DNA of 54,507 nucleotides from Priapulus caudatus (Eukaryota): NCBI RefSeq assembly GCF_000485595.1, contig NW_014577064.1, positions 1,250,541 to 1,305,047 of the forward strand, read 5' to 3'. Shown piece by piece: positions 13,025 to 26,759 of this stretch (position 1 is its first letter; each line of letters starts with the position of its first letter). The notes under the pieces were generated by a model. It saw only the letters and a program-made list of their open reading frames with translations, ran no database searches and was not told where the DNA came from. The position numbers and the translations under genes were made by a program.

Positions 13025-14257
13025 CATCAAAGGGAGACATTACCAGTTAAGGTCTAATGTCTAGGCGATCAACTAGTTTTCTGTCGGCCGTAGATAGTCT
13101 ATACGTGCGTAAATATACTCAATAATGGTCGCCGGGTCGAGCACTGTCGTTATCATGCGATCGAATAGTAACATGTATAGTAAATATTAGCAACTGCAGT
13201 GTATGCATTTCTTACATTATTGCAGCAGCGAGGCAATGCTATGACATCACAGAAAAGAGTACGTTAGTTCTGCCTGTTTGACATCTATAAATATTCCACA
13301 TCAAGTTCACATGGCCAACAGTTTAGTAACCGCGCGATACTACCATCTTGTGTCTCGATTCTGTGTTGATAGCTGCATGTATTTCACTTGACTCTTCAAA
13401 GCGTTTGCGGATAAAAAATTGTCCACGTCAGCGATCATACGTAAATACGTCATAACCTAGGCAGCCGGCGTGATGTCAGCGCAGCGTGATATTTTGTTTC
13501 GCCTATCAGATCTGTAGTGCCCGTTGCGAAATATGGATGTCATCGATTGTTTGGAGTATGGAGATAGATATAGTAAACCTTGATGATCCAGTTATATGGT
13601 TTGGGCACAGACACGCGCACACAGGCAGATTTATATTTCATTAGCGATAATTCTGCTGAAAAATGGACACCGTATTATTATTAAAGTCAGATCGGAATTT
13701 ATTTTTTATTATATTTTACAAGGATAATTTCAACAAAATACTATTGCTTTTCGTTTGGGTATGTGCGAGCGCACGTCTACTGCTGCTACAGTAAAATCTT
13801 GAACGTCTAGGCGCCTCATAATTGTTAAAGTTACTCGTGGCTATTTACTAGTTAAAAGTTAAAATGACATTTAAATAATTTCTTTAAAAATTTGACACAG
13901 AGCTGCCTATGCCATAGAGTCTAATAACACACAATTCTCTCTAAATAGTTGCCATATATATGATAAACGAAGTTCACCCATTCGGCCTTATTTTTGTACA
14001 TTTGGTTTATTTCATGCCACTGTAAAATAGTCCTCCCTCGTAGTATTTCAATTGATCCAGGAAATACCTACTGTAACAATTTGCTCAGGCCTAGAACCTG
14101 TACACGTGTGTGCGCTAACGTACACATGCACTAACTTATGCATGCCGTAAGAGAGTGCAAAGCCGTAGGCATATGGCTAACTTGAGAATGTACGCTAGGC
14201 CTACGGCTCCACTCTCTCAAATAATCGCACACGCACACGCACACGCACGCACACACG

Positions 14258-14348
<91 letters not shown>

Positions 14349-15088
14349 ACACACTCCATATATATATATATATATATATATATTCTGTTTATACCGGTCG
14401 GCTCGGTAAGTAACGGACGAAAATTGTGTGTTCCTTTTGATAAACTGGGAAAAAACCAAGATTTTATTACATTTAACATTCTTAATTCATGAGGTTTAAT
14501 GCACACAGTACTCACAATATTTTACTCAGGTGTTTAGAAATCCTTATGTATATATCCCGTCGCGGTAGGAAAATTGAATTCGCTTTACACGATTTTAATT
14601 AAAACGTAGATTTTCAATGATGCAGTAACGTGGCTACGCAAAACTTGACTACGGGAAAGTTAAAATTTCCAATAACAGTTTAAATGTTATATTTAGTCGC
14701 ATTTTATAGAGCAGTATGTTCTGTTACGATGAATTGTTATTAAAAAGCTTTATAAACACAAGTTATAACCCCAATACCTTATACTTTAACAATCTAATGT
14801 CATCCCGATATTTAGCGCGTATTTTAAACTTGCGTCTGCGTTTCTTATATGTATAGCGACGTGTGAAGCCAGAGTGTACAGCAAATGATTTATAACAATA
14901 ACTATGACTATTTGACTGAATTGAATTCATGACTGATTTATGACAATAATTTCTTATTATGAAACAACGGATTTTTGTGAGAGACGACAGTTAAAAATGT
15001 CAGCAAAACGGTTTAAAACAAATTCATTAAACACTTGTATAATCATGCCCCAATATTTTCTCCATATATCTTTTAAGGAAGGCAGAAT

Positions 15089-15242
15089 TTAAATAATCGT
15101 CTTCAGACAATCGTTGTCGCATTTCCACTCAGGGCAGCAGCTTGGAAAACCCGTCTCTGGTGTTTCATCTGTGAGCGTGCAACACTGCTCCATAGCGAAT
15201 GTTACAGGCCTTCCTTCCCAGTGTAACATCCTCGTGTGGCAG
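15089..15242 (-). CDS. SVWC-like protein, exon 3 (only copy)
   Basis: Acceptor tatttcag|C completes Tyr, then CHTRMLHWEGRPVTFAMEQCCTLTDETPETGFPSCCPEWKCDNDCLKTII*. FP-x-CCP-x3-C is the SVWC C-terminal hallmark. Confidence 0.8.
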
Positions 15243-15769
15243 CTGAAATACACGATATAAGCATAATGATAATGAAAAAGTATATATAATACATACAAAC
15301 TCCGTGGCATTTTCAAGGGAAGACATATGGAATTTGGTTAGGTGGTTTGCATAGTTATGCGTCTAAAATTGGCATTAGATGCGCGCGCGCACGCGCGCAC
15401 GCACGCACGCAACACACGACGCACGCAGCCCCCGCGACACATGTATTTACAAATGTAAATAAAATATTCATGGATGCGTACCCAGTACCTACAACTAGTG
15501 ATTGTAAGATTTGTGTATAGAATATCAACCCCTAGAGGCGTCAAACCCCCTAACCACACCAGGAAGCTTTTGCATTTTTCAGCTTGAAATTGAGCATTCT
15601 GGCTGCATACTTAGCAGACCTGGATGGTGAGCGCGTGAGATATGCCTCAATTGCGTGGAGTCTCACGCCGAATGCGTGAGAGTTGACAACCCCGGCACTG
15701 CATGCGTTGCATGTAGTTCCTACTACACACAACTATAGTAAAACAACAGCATAACAATTACTTGCTTAC

Positions 15770-15887
15770 TATTGACAGTATATGTTATCGGTTGGGCGTT
15801 CGCAAATACATATCTCGCATTTTCCCTCCGGGAGTGGAACAAAGCTACCCCGGCTGTACTCCTTGCCATTTGCCTTGCAGGTATCGC
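15770..15887 (-). CDS. SVWC-like protein, exon 2, copy A
   Basis: DTCKANGKEYSRGSFVPLPEGKCEICICERPTDNIYCQ. It is 3 nt longer than copy B (three 1-nt homopolymer differences), still in frame, with splice sites intact. Confidence 0.65.
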
Positions 15888-16121
15888 CTTTACAGAGCTC
15901 ACAAATACATATTAGCCGCATCTTTAATGAAACAATACTGACTTTAATCTCTAGTCTTGATTCAACTTTGAATGCTAATTATTTCTTTTTCCGAAACGAA
16001 ACGCTAAATGTCTGCATTAATCGTCTATAAAGTCTAAAGAAATGATGCTAGTTTATTAAGCGAAAATACAGACCAGTATTGAAAAACTAATCATGTACAT
16101 TCTATATAATTAAGACATAAC

Positions 16122-16200
16122 CGTCGTTGACATCCAACCCATTCCGCCCGAATCAGAGTCACGGCTGTCAGCAGCAGCGTGACTATTCTGTTAGTCTCAT
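16122..16200 (-). pseudogene. SVWC-like exon 1, copy A, frameshifted as assembled
   Basis: ATG AGA CTA ACA GAA TAG: a 1-nt loss relative to copy B creates an early stop. The surrounding sequence is indel-noisy, so this may be sequencing error rather than true decay. Confidence 0.45.
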
Positions 16201-18384
16201 CTTGGCTGTGGTCCGAGATGCTGTTAGCTGAATCCTGTATACTTCGCGATACAAGCATTTACGCTTGTATCGTAGACTGTATATATACGACCGTATTTAA
16301 TTTGATACGTCTAAACCCGCTTGCCATGCACCACCTACGCCTTGACGAGTATTTTTCCGTATATTATGCGTCAACATTGTAGCGCTGGTATTACCCGCAT
16401 GAAACACTGACTCTGGGTTCACGGTGCCCTCATGGACAGCTTTCCGGACACTGAGTGCTTGATAACTGACACGAAGTGTCGGATCTAATCGCGAATACAT
16501 TAACGCTGTCGGCCGGTCATTGCAACAACTGAATAGCTGGTCGAAATGTCAAATAACATAGGTACCACCACATCAGGGCACCATTGCAAAAACGTGCACA
16601 TAGTAAAACAGGTGTATCGCTCCTTCATTGAATTATGTAGTAGGACTACCGCTACTATACGGCAGGTGGATGACGTAAAACAAAAGTTATACGCCCTACC
16701 TTGGCTAATAGGCTGCTCGCCTTTATCTTTTCACACTTTGTGTCTTCTCACCCTCTACTTCCAAGCAAACCGCCACAACAAACAAAGTATTCAATTTACC
16801 TCGTTGATCACCCACCTAATTAAGCTCTCTCCATCGATCCTTGTCCTCACCCCGACCAATATCTTTGCTTTTCTTTTTATTTTCCTCCCAATTTCAATCT
16901 TCTACATAGATAGTCTCTACCACTCCCTTGTTGCACGCATTTTACCTTCCAATGTCCTCATTTTATGCTAACATTGGCTTCGTTCTTATGGAACCCACAT
17001 TTTTCGGGGCTCCAGCTTCTCCTCCACATTTTCTCCCCTTCAGCCGAGATCTTACCCATTGGATTCAGGAAAAGCCGAATAAAGGCCAGAACCCTAATTT
17101 TAGTTGCTGCGTGTGGCGTTGCGTAAGTGATCGCAAAATATCCAACAATAAAAAGCTTCTCAAAAAACAGTATTAAATATATATTCAAAGAACTGTACAT
17201 TTGAGTATTAAGCTTTGATTGAGTAGATATTTACAATGCATTGTAGTAATTCATGCAACAAAAAACATTTTCTACATTATTATTATTTAATTATACATAT
17301 ATATCAAATCAGAACATCAATATTATATCCAAAAGATAACAAAACAGTTGACTCATTCTACTGATATAGTAAGCATAGATACTTTACAATAATTAATACA
17401 TAATTAATCTCACTCAACTATAGACAATTACTCAACGGTGCAAGCATGGAGCAGCACGTCGTAGCTGCTGTTCAAAGAGAGGCCATGCAATATGTGGATG
17501 TATAAATAATCTTGCGTTATACATTTGCACACGCACACGCACACGCACACGCTACGACGCAACACGCACACGCACACGCACACTCATACTCGCACGCAAC
17601 ATTACGACCACCCTAGATACATACGCGTTAGTTACCAGTATATAAGCTTAGCAGTGACGATTCGCCAGAGACAGTACACTACAGTAGTGGCATTACTTGA
17701 ATATCAATTTATAGTGCACATGAACACTACTAGTGCTACACGTTTTATTGTCTGCCCGCGGTTTCAGTTCCACGTGCATTCTGCATGCATATAGGTCGTT
17801 TGCGGTGCGTGCGTGCGTCGTCGCGTGGTCGTTGGGGCGTCGCGTGCGGTCCAGGCGTGCGGTGCGTGCGTGCGTGCGCGCGACGTCGCGCGCTCTTGTG
17901 TTCCGAATTTGCGTGTGGCGATTATGCATTTGCGTTGACGTTCGCGACTGCCTGCGTTAATTTCACAAAATCCTCGCTCTGCTGGAGACAATTCTTTCTC
18001 GCGCGTGGTTTCAAATCCGCTGACAGCAACGACACACGACGAGTAATAATATTAGTCTTGTTCAGTCGTCTCGCCACCGGAATGTTATCATAGTCTGTTC
18101 CACGTAGCTTTGCCAAGTTGCTTTCCACAATTTGTATACTGGCTGGTTTAACATAATTGCTATTTATTAACAACGTTGCGACGTTTTACTATGTGCACAC
18201 ACTTGTTAATATTATACGCTATCAGAATTAAACTCTCGCTCCTTATTCCGCCACCTCAAACAACCTTCTATATATACGCAACACAGTGAAAGGATGCGCC
18301 GCGACTGCTAAACATGACGATTTAGATTACAGTACATATAATGTCATGGTTATGCCGGCCACTGTCTTATTTACAGCGCGTATT

Positions 18385-18570
18385 GTTAGGCGTTGGCGTT
18401 AGTGTTATGGCTTGTAGGCTTAGGGCAATTAGGGTTAGCGTTTAGCGTTAGCGTTAGCTGGCTATAGAGTTAGGATTTACGCGTTAGTGTTAGTGTGATG
18501 GTTAGGATTAGGGTTATGAGTTAGGGTTAGCGTTAGGGTTAGGATTAGATGGGTTAAGGTTTATGCGTTA
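18385..18570 (+). repeat. Degenerate telomere-like (TTAGGG/TTAGCG) tract
   Basis: GTTAGGGTTAGCG variants; further copies at about 30010-30200 and 32410-32575. Confidence 0.75.
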
Positions 18571-20332
18571 GTTGCTTGCAATTATTTCCTACATAACCAC
18601 ACAGATGTATGGCCGAATCCAATTTCTAATCCCAAAAATGTGATTCACAAACAGTTGCCAGCAGTACATCACAACTGACATTTTATTATTTCCCAGCTGT
18701 TGACAGATACTGCTTTTTTTTTTTTTTGTTTTTTTCTTTTTTTTTTCTCTCGTCGTAACAGATCTAGAACAACCAGTGCATGCCATAGCATCCTTCCACT
18801 CCTCCTGGCGTGTGAATTTCCTCCATTGGTGCTCATTTCATGTTCGCCTCTCACAATAGTTGACATCGATTACTGTGATACTAGCTAGCATTAGCGCTAC
18901 GTATAGAGGTTTTCGCATTATTTCCGTGCGTCGCTCGCTGTCGCGTAGCTCCCGCGTTATAGTTATCTGTTTGTGCGCATGCTGCTCTGCGCGTATATCG
19001 CGTATGTTTTGTGTGCGGCTGTGTCGTTGCTTGCGCGCGTATAAAGTGTCTGTTTGTTGCGCATGCGTGCTCGTCGGCGTATGATCTGGATGTTGTATGA
19101 GTGCCGTGCCTCGCGGCGGTATAAGTTATCTGTTTGTGCGCATGCGGCCTGCTCGTGCGCGATATATCTGCTATGTTTGTGTCGGCGTCTTTCGGTGCGT
19201 GCTTGCGCGCGTGTATAAGTATCTGTTTGTCGTGCGTTGATTGCTTACGCAACGTATACGTTTTTGGTGCATGCTAACAAAGTAAAGTACACCGCTGTAC
19301 TATAAACCAGAAGCCAAAAAATCAACGCTAATTTTTTGGTCCTGCAGTCTGCTGTCTTCTCCATCTGGCGTCGGCGTGATTTGATGCTTTCTATTATGAT
19401 CCAAGATAAACACGGGAGAATAAACACATCTGCAGTAAATAAATGCCCTAGGAGGCCGAAATAGCAAACAACAGAATACCCCAGTGTCTTCTAAATATAT
19501 TTTTGGTATATAGGAAGTAGCAACATGGAAATAAATCAATGTTGCGAATATAATATGTGTGCACACATGTAACGCGTTCCTCCCGCCTCTGCTATGCTGT
19601 TGTTAAATAATTCTCCACACACGTTACGTTCAAAGAGCGTTTTCCCCTATATTAGAAAACGGGACTTACATATTGGCGATCTGCAGAGAAGATATTCTGA
19701 TATCACGATGCATCCATTGTCTTTTCCTATGTAGCCCACTTCCGTGTCTTTCGCGTCCAGTCACTAGCGGGTTTTGATGCCGCCTGTCTGCCAAGATCAC
19801 CTCCCGCCACTGTAACAGCGCTGATCAAAATTATTCAGGCCGACATAGATGAAAAGCTTCATGCACTGGTAAAACTAATTGAAGTATCAATCTTGTAACC
19901 TCATAAAGATTCATCTTTGCCTAAAGTTTCTAATGGCTTGCTCTCGAAGATGGAGCTAGTCACGATTGATCAACTTGTAAGGTTGCTGGCATCGCTGTGG
20001 GGGCTTACAGCAAACATTCACTCATTGCCTTGCTCATTTGCACGCGCCAATACCTTCTAAGCGGATACGGTTTTTTCGGTTAAATATCTTTACCGCTTTG
20101 TATATATGTAAACCTCAACACGCCTCGAAAAGTCACAGTGAGAACCTCGTGCTGTAACACCGTTCACCATTTATGAATGAATCCGTGGCCACCATTTCCA
20201 CGCGCTTTCCACCGGCCACGGACGGGGATAACCTTTTAACTGCCAATGAAACAAAATAGAAGGCCGATATGAACTATGAGTATCCCATCAGGAATGGTCT
20301 AGATCTCNNNNNNNNNNNNNNNNNNNNNNNNN

Positions 20333-20500
20333 TACGCGTATTCACGGGTGTGTAGCGATCTGTTTGTGTGCGTGCATGCTTACGCACGTACGCGTATTCA
20401 CGGGTGTGTAGCGATCTGTTTGTGTGCGTGCATGCTTACGCACGTACGCGTATTCACGGGTGTGTAGCGATCTGTTTGTGTGCGTGCATGCTTACGCACG
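20333..20500 (+). repeat. 56-bp tandem repeat x3 abutting an assembly gap
   Basis: TACGCGTATTCACGGGTGTGTAGCGATCTGTTTGTGTGCGTGCATGCTTACGCACG repeated. Confidence 0.85.
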
Positions 20501-23500
20501 TATACGTTTTTGGGCATGTACAAGTAAGTACACGCGTACTATAACCAGAAGCCAAAAAATCAAACGTAATTTTTGGTCCTGCAGTCTCTGTCTTCTCCAT
20601 CTGCCGTCGGTGATTTGATGCCTCTATTATGACTGCAAGATAAACACGGAGAATAAACACATCTGCAGTAAAAAAATGCTAGGTAGGCGAAATACAAACA
20701 ACAGAATACCAAGTGTCTTTAAATATATTTTGGTATATAAGAAATAGCAAAATGGAAATAAATCGATGTGCGAATATAATATGTGTGCACACATGTAACG
20801 CGTTGCTCACGCTCTGCTATGCTGTTGTTAAAAATTCGCCACACACGTTACGTTCAAGGTTTTCCCCTATATAGAAACGGGGACTTACATATTGGCATCT
20901 TGCGAGAAAATATTCTGATATCAGTGCATGCCATTGTCTTTTCCTATGTAGCCTCTTCCGTGTCTTTCGCGTCCATTCACTAGCGGTGTTTTGATGCCGC
21001 TGTCTGCCAAGTCACCTGCTGCCACCTAGTAACAGGCTGTATCAAAAATTTATTCAGCGCGACATAGATGAAAAGCTTCATGACTGGCTAAAACTATTAA
21101 TATCAATCTTGTAACCTCATAAAGATTCATCTTGCTTAAGTTCTAAGGCTTGTCTCGAAGATGGAGCTAGTCACGATTGATCAAACTTGTAAGGTACGTG
21201 GCATCGCGTGGGGGCTACAGCAAACATTCACTCATTGCCTCGCTCATTTGCACACGCAATACCTTTTAAGCGGATACGGTTTTTCGGTTAAATATCTTTC
21301 GCTTGTATATATGTAAACCTCGACACGCTGAAAAGTCACAGTGAAACCTCGTGCTTACGAGTCACCATTTATGAATGAATCCGTGGCACCATTTCCACGT
21401 TCCCACGGCCACCGGTCGGGGATAACCCCTTGAACTGCAATGAAACAAAATAGAAGGCGATATGAAATATGAGTATCCATCAGAATGGTCTAGTAGGCAC
21501 TACTCGTTTAGAACTTAGCAGTTCTGATCTGACCTTTACACCAATGATTTTTAAGATTAAATTTCCCAAAAAAATCTTTGCTTGCATTTAATCAAAATTA
21601 GCCATCAGCAATATGTCAGCCATGCAGGAAATTGCTAAAGATAGAGCAGGGAAATCGATAGTGATTAGCTCGAATAACAAGAAAACCCTATATCATACCG
21701 GGCGTAGCAGAACACTACCGAGGTCGATGCAATCTCCGATGATGCCCCGGTAGAGTGCTCTTAGAAACGACTTCCGAAAAGCATATTCGGACTCTGCTGT
21801 TGTTCACTACAAATGCGCCAGCACGACGGAGGCAACCGGTCGACCGGCGTATGGTTGCTCAGACATTCTCCGGAGTCTTCGCAAGACGCTTGCATGAGCC
21901 GCCACCTGGTGCAAAGCGAGGGCAGGGCCGACCTGAGAGATAACCGGCTATACAATAGAGCGAAGATAGTACAGCTTTGGAACCAGTCATTGCGAGGGCC
22001 CACAGTTCCACATGTGGCGGAGACATTATGTGGAACGACGGCGCACAGGAGCAGAGGAGCCGTCTGGTGCGAGGCACTCACGTGCGAAATCGATAAAGCA
22101 CAAACTTTATGACAGAGGTGCCGTCCGCCGGCAGGTGACGAAGAACCGTAACGCCGTCTTACGTCGATCTGCAGGTGCGCCTTACGTCGACCACACACTT
22201 ATGTCGTTGCGTTACAGTGAACGTACCTCCACCTGGCGAGAGGAGCATGCAAGAAACTGCTAACAAGGTTGAAGCAGCAGTGGCCAAATTCAACAGGAAA
22301 GACATGGGTCTATAGTGTGAGAGAGATAGAAAACAGAAAAAGACGCGAGACCCCTCGCCCCCCACACCCAGACAAAAACAAAAAGAGACGACACAAGAGA
22401 AAAAAAAACCCGCTGGGCCCCGGCACAGAAAACACAACACCAAAAGCCGCCGCACAGCACATACACACGGACACAAAAAACACACACACCAAAAAAAAGA
22501 ACAGCGGGAGACACCTCAAAAAAAAACTGCAAAAAAAAACAGCACACATACGCGCTTCCAATAAAAACGTGATCTGTCCAAACCACCATGCATGGCCACT
22601 GCGTTCTGCAAACTTGCGTCGCGACGAATCCATTGGGGATGAGAAGCGCTATGCAGGGAGAATCATGGAAGAGCTCGCAAAGGACACGAATCCACTTTGT
22701 GTAAGTGTCATGCCGACAGATGGCGCGAGAGACGGTGACAGCAATGCGGCGATCGGTCTGCAGGAAGCTGTCGGCAACACGTCTGAAAAGGAAGAATGTG
22801 TATTAGATGTGAGAAGTCTCAACAAGAATCGGCGAAAATGCATTTCTAAAACTCGCGTTAGCTCGCACACGTTCTCTCGAAAGACTGAGAAAGAAGCGAG
22901 AAAACGTGAAACAGCGAATCGCGCCCGACCCAATTAAGAGGACACTGCGAGGAAAAATATCGAGCGGCGTAGGCTATATGGCACTGCCTGATAGCTATAG
23001 CAAACGCATTGCCTAATCTTGCACGCGTAATACTATAAGCGGATACGTCTTATCAGTTAGAAATCTTTCGCTTGCATATATGTAAGCCTCGACACGTTTC
23101 AAGGTAACAGTGAACAAAGTTCTCCGTCTTGCCAATCACCATTTATGAATGAATTACTGGCACCATGTTCACGCTCTACTCGGCCACCGGTCGGCGAAAA
23201 CCTCGAAATTCGTCGACTTTTAACTGCAATGAAACAAAATAAAAGGCGATACCACGAGAATCCATCACGAGAAACTACGAGTATCCATCAGAAGAGGGTA
23301 GTAGGCACTACTCGTTTAGAATTTAGCAGTTCTGAAGTTTACCTTTTGACCCATGATTTTTAAGCGCAAATTTCCCAACCACATATTTTCCTGTGTTTTC
23401 AATAAAGTCCCCTAAATTCAGTAAAGCACAAACTTTATGACGGAAGTGCCGTCCGTCGTCAGGGAAGAAGAACCACACCGTCGAACGTCGGTCTGCAGGT

Positions 23501-23693
23501 GGGTCTCACGTCAACGGAAATGGGGTGCCCGTAATTGCGTCGGGTTTAATGGGTATTAATTTTATTATGTATACGAATGTATACGAAAACACTCCATGAT
23601 GTCTAATATGATTAGCCTAAATAAGAGCTACACTGAATTTTCGTGTACACTACAGACTAGTAGGCCTACACTAATCACGCTAACGTAGTTATG

Positions 23694-23761
23694 ATTTAGC
23701 AAACGTAAGTAAACATTTTAAAATGTTATTAGCTTAAAATGTTTACTTACGTTTGCTAAAT
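23694..23761. repeat. Perfect 28-bp inverted repeat with 12-nt loop
   Basis: ATTTAGCAAACGTAAGTAAACATTTTAA ... TTAAAATGTTTACTTACGTTTGCTAAAT; also present in copy B at about 36613-36678. Confidence 0.85.
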
Positions 23762-24042
23762 ACATACATTGCTCATACATAATAATTTAAAGCTATTATG
23801 TACTGAGATACCTATCATGATATGTGAGAAATTACGTAAACATTAACAAATTGGCATTTTCTTTCAAAAAACAATTCTTGCTCATTTGTGCAATTCTTAG
23901 CAATTCGTCACTGCACTGCACTAATTAAGAATGACTCCTAACCATAGATATATAAAAACAAAGGTATTTGTACGTATATATGTGTATGTATATATCTATG
24001 ATTCTAACTATTGAAATAATATAGTGTAGAAATAAGTATAGA

Positions 24043-24075
<33 letters not shown>

Positions 24076-24129
24076 TAAGTATAGAAATAATATAGTGCCT
24101 CTGTATATTTCTATGCCTCTAAGCCTAAC

Positions 24130-24420
24130 TGACGTCAATGTTAGTTGACCGCTCTATTCGCCAGGGGCAGCACCAGGTTGTACAGTTTGTGTATTCGTTA
24201 GTCCACATGTGTTGTGTATATATATGATATCTATGGTTAGTCTGTGTCAAAATACTCACATCTTTCACGTTGGGAAAATGTATTAGTTATACTGTATAAC
24301 ATAGAAACGTAGAAGTCTATAAATGAAACTATATGAGACAACTGTCCTGACTAATATATGATTTGTTATTTGGATGGTAACATAAAATAGCTGGTTAAAA
24401 GAACTCCTTTCTGATTGGGC
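24130..24420 (+). promoter_or_regulatory. Candidate NLK proximal promoter elements (CRE TGACGTCA 24130-24137; inverted CCAAT box CTGATTGG 24411-24418)
   Basis: Motif matches 300-600 bp upstream of the ATG at an AT-rich to GC-richer transition; function is inferred only. Confidence 0.35.
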
Positions 24421-24715
24421 AGATATAACATACAGGCGTTGCCCACCGTGTTCCCCGAACAGTGGCGCTGCGAGCGGCTTCGAGGCTCATTCATTGTCGG
24501 TGGTTAGATGTTCTGCAAACGCATTGGCGTTTGTCCGTTGATTTCTGCTGTCTTGGTTCTGTGTGCAGTGTTAATGCTTTACCATTCGAAACTTAAGGAT
24601 CCCTGCACCACGACGACGGCTTGGTTCGTGATGCTTCTTTAGCGCTTTTTGCAAAATTTGTCCGTGAATTTCTGCTGTTGGTGCCCGCCTGCGGTCAGTC
24701 GGGGAGAATCATTGG

Positions 24716-24906
24716 ATGGCAATGGTCGGTCGTCGAATTCTTGAACAGAGGCAGGCCCAGGCCGTAGCCGAAGCTATGGCCTTCCATGGCACCTCTCAAC
24801 ATGCGATACTCGCTGCCACACATCCCGTGTACCATCATTCCCCTGTCCCTTCTCAGGACGTCCAGCCAGACAGACCGATTGGATATGGTGCGTTTGGTGT
24901 CGTGTG
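24716..24906 (+). CDS. NLK: Nemo-like kinase, coding exon 1 (short Ala/His/Gln-rich N-terminus plus Gly-rich loop)
   Basis: ATG at 24716 gives MAMVGRRILEQRQAQAVAEAMAFHGTSQHAILAATHPVYHHSPVPSQDVQPDRPIGYGAFGVVW. PDRPIGYGAFGVVW is the NLK subdomain I signature. Donor is TG|GTAAGT at 24907 (phase 2). The start codon choice is inferred. Confidence 0.93.
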
Positions 24907-26759
24907 GTAAGTTATCAATGCATTATGATTATAATACGACGCAGTTGGTAATCAGGCATGAGTCACAGAGTGCTACAGCCGATAACCCCTCTTTTGAAGC
25001 CAGACTATCGTAGAAAAAATAGAATCAGCTTAGCCTTTAGTATAGCAGTGAATAAGCATCTCGTTGTATATCTTTGATTTCAACAGACGGAGGTCAGATT
25101 TTAATAAACGCACTTAGTGTGACGTAATAACCTCATATTATTAAAATAGTATATGTTGTGATGCGGTTTAAATTGTGCACATCTTATGGTATTCTTAGAA
25201 TACTTGTGTTAAACGAATGGCTATTCGTTTTACGTTTATATGTGTTAGTCAGAAACGTTCGTCACTGATCCACTGCCTCTTAGAAAAATATCTAGCCAAA
25301 ATTGCTAGAATTTGCAATCAAACATCGAACCTTCTAAGTTCTAGCAGTTCATTAGTTCTAGAACTATAGCCCTTCGCTCCACCAAGGGTGGCCGCCAGCC
25401 TGTGGCCCAGCGAAAGGCTATAAGCCACCAGTTCTAGAGCTACCAGTTCGTGAACTTGTATATTTTACGCTATATTTTACATGTACTGGTATGAGGTCAA
25501 ATTTGAAAGACACCATACTGAGTCTTGTGTTTTATAAAGACTAACGTTGGGAGTAGGTAGTAGCTGTGTGTGGAATTTAGTGTTTCTCTTGATGTTATGC
25601 ACGAAAAATGACAGAACAAGGTGTCGACAGTTCATGGTTGAACCGGATCAGTGAAACATTTTAAGTAAATGCCTCTATGTGGCATATGACACATGGTGTA
25701 GGGGCAAAGAACGGGTAAGGGTCGGGTTGCATTGTGTGGAGGTCGTGGGGATATACAGTTATTTTAGAATAAGAGTCCTGTGTGTGAAAAAAATATGTGT
25801 AAACAAAGATCACATGGTTATGCCCGTGTACAATCGAGTTCGCAACTTGGTTGCCTTTGTCGTTCACACATGTGCGGCTCCTGCCTCTTACTGGGACTAG
25901 CGAACGCTGTATCAGACCCGTGGTAATTTCTTTGTCTTGCCTCTAGCGATGGCAAAATAGTTCCTTGTTGAACTCATCTTACTAGATATGTGTGGTGATG
26001 ACTTAAATCATGATCGGTTCATCCGCATTGAGACTATGAACGGATATAATATACTATAATTTATACATGTACGAGCACATAGATACATATCTGTGCTGGC
26101 GCATGTCCTAGCATGTACGTATGTTTCTACCTGTTTGTATGATATATTCATCGTCTCTCTCTGATTACTGAGGCGCCCCAGCCCACGCCGCGCGGTCTGG
26201 ACATTTAAACACTGAATAAGCAACACCGCTGCTAACTGTTCTTTGTTCCATTGTGTGTGTGTGTGTGAAAAAGTATATATAATACATACAAACTCCGTGG
26301 CATTTTCAAGGAAGACATATGGACTTTGGTTAGGTGGTTTGCATAGTTATGGTCTAAAATTGGCATTAGATGCGCGCGCACGCGCACGCACGCACGCACA
26401 CACACACGCACGCACGCCCCCGCGCACACATGTATTTACAAATGTAAATAAAATATTCATGGATGCGTACTAGTTACAATACAACTAGTGATTGTAAGTT
26501 ATTTGATGTATAGAATATCAACCACCTAGAGGGTCAACCCCCTATACCACACCAGGAAGCTTTTGCATTTTTCAGCTTGAAATTGAGCATTCTGGTGCAT
26601 ACTTAGCAGACCTGGAGTGAGCGCGTGAGATTAGCCTCAATTGCGTGAGTCTCACGCCGAATGCGTGAGAGTTCGCAGCCCCGGCACTGCATGCGTTGCA
26701 TGTAGTTCCTACTACACACAACTATAGTAAAACAACAGCATAACAATTACTTGACTTAC

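Larger units (their letters stand above)
15273..24189 (+). repeat. Large direct duplication, copy A
   Basis: Collinear with 26266-37179, from TGAAAAAGTATATATAATACATAC to CACCAGGTTGTACAGTTTG. Differences are mostly 1-nt indels. Confidence 0.92.

Noticed and set aside
22269..22937. 222-aa Lys/Arg-rich ORF
   Set aside because: It depends on the T-depleted low-quality segment and is not conserved in the duplicate copy.
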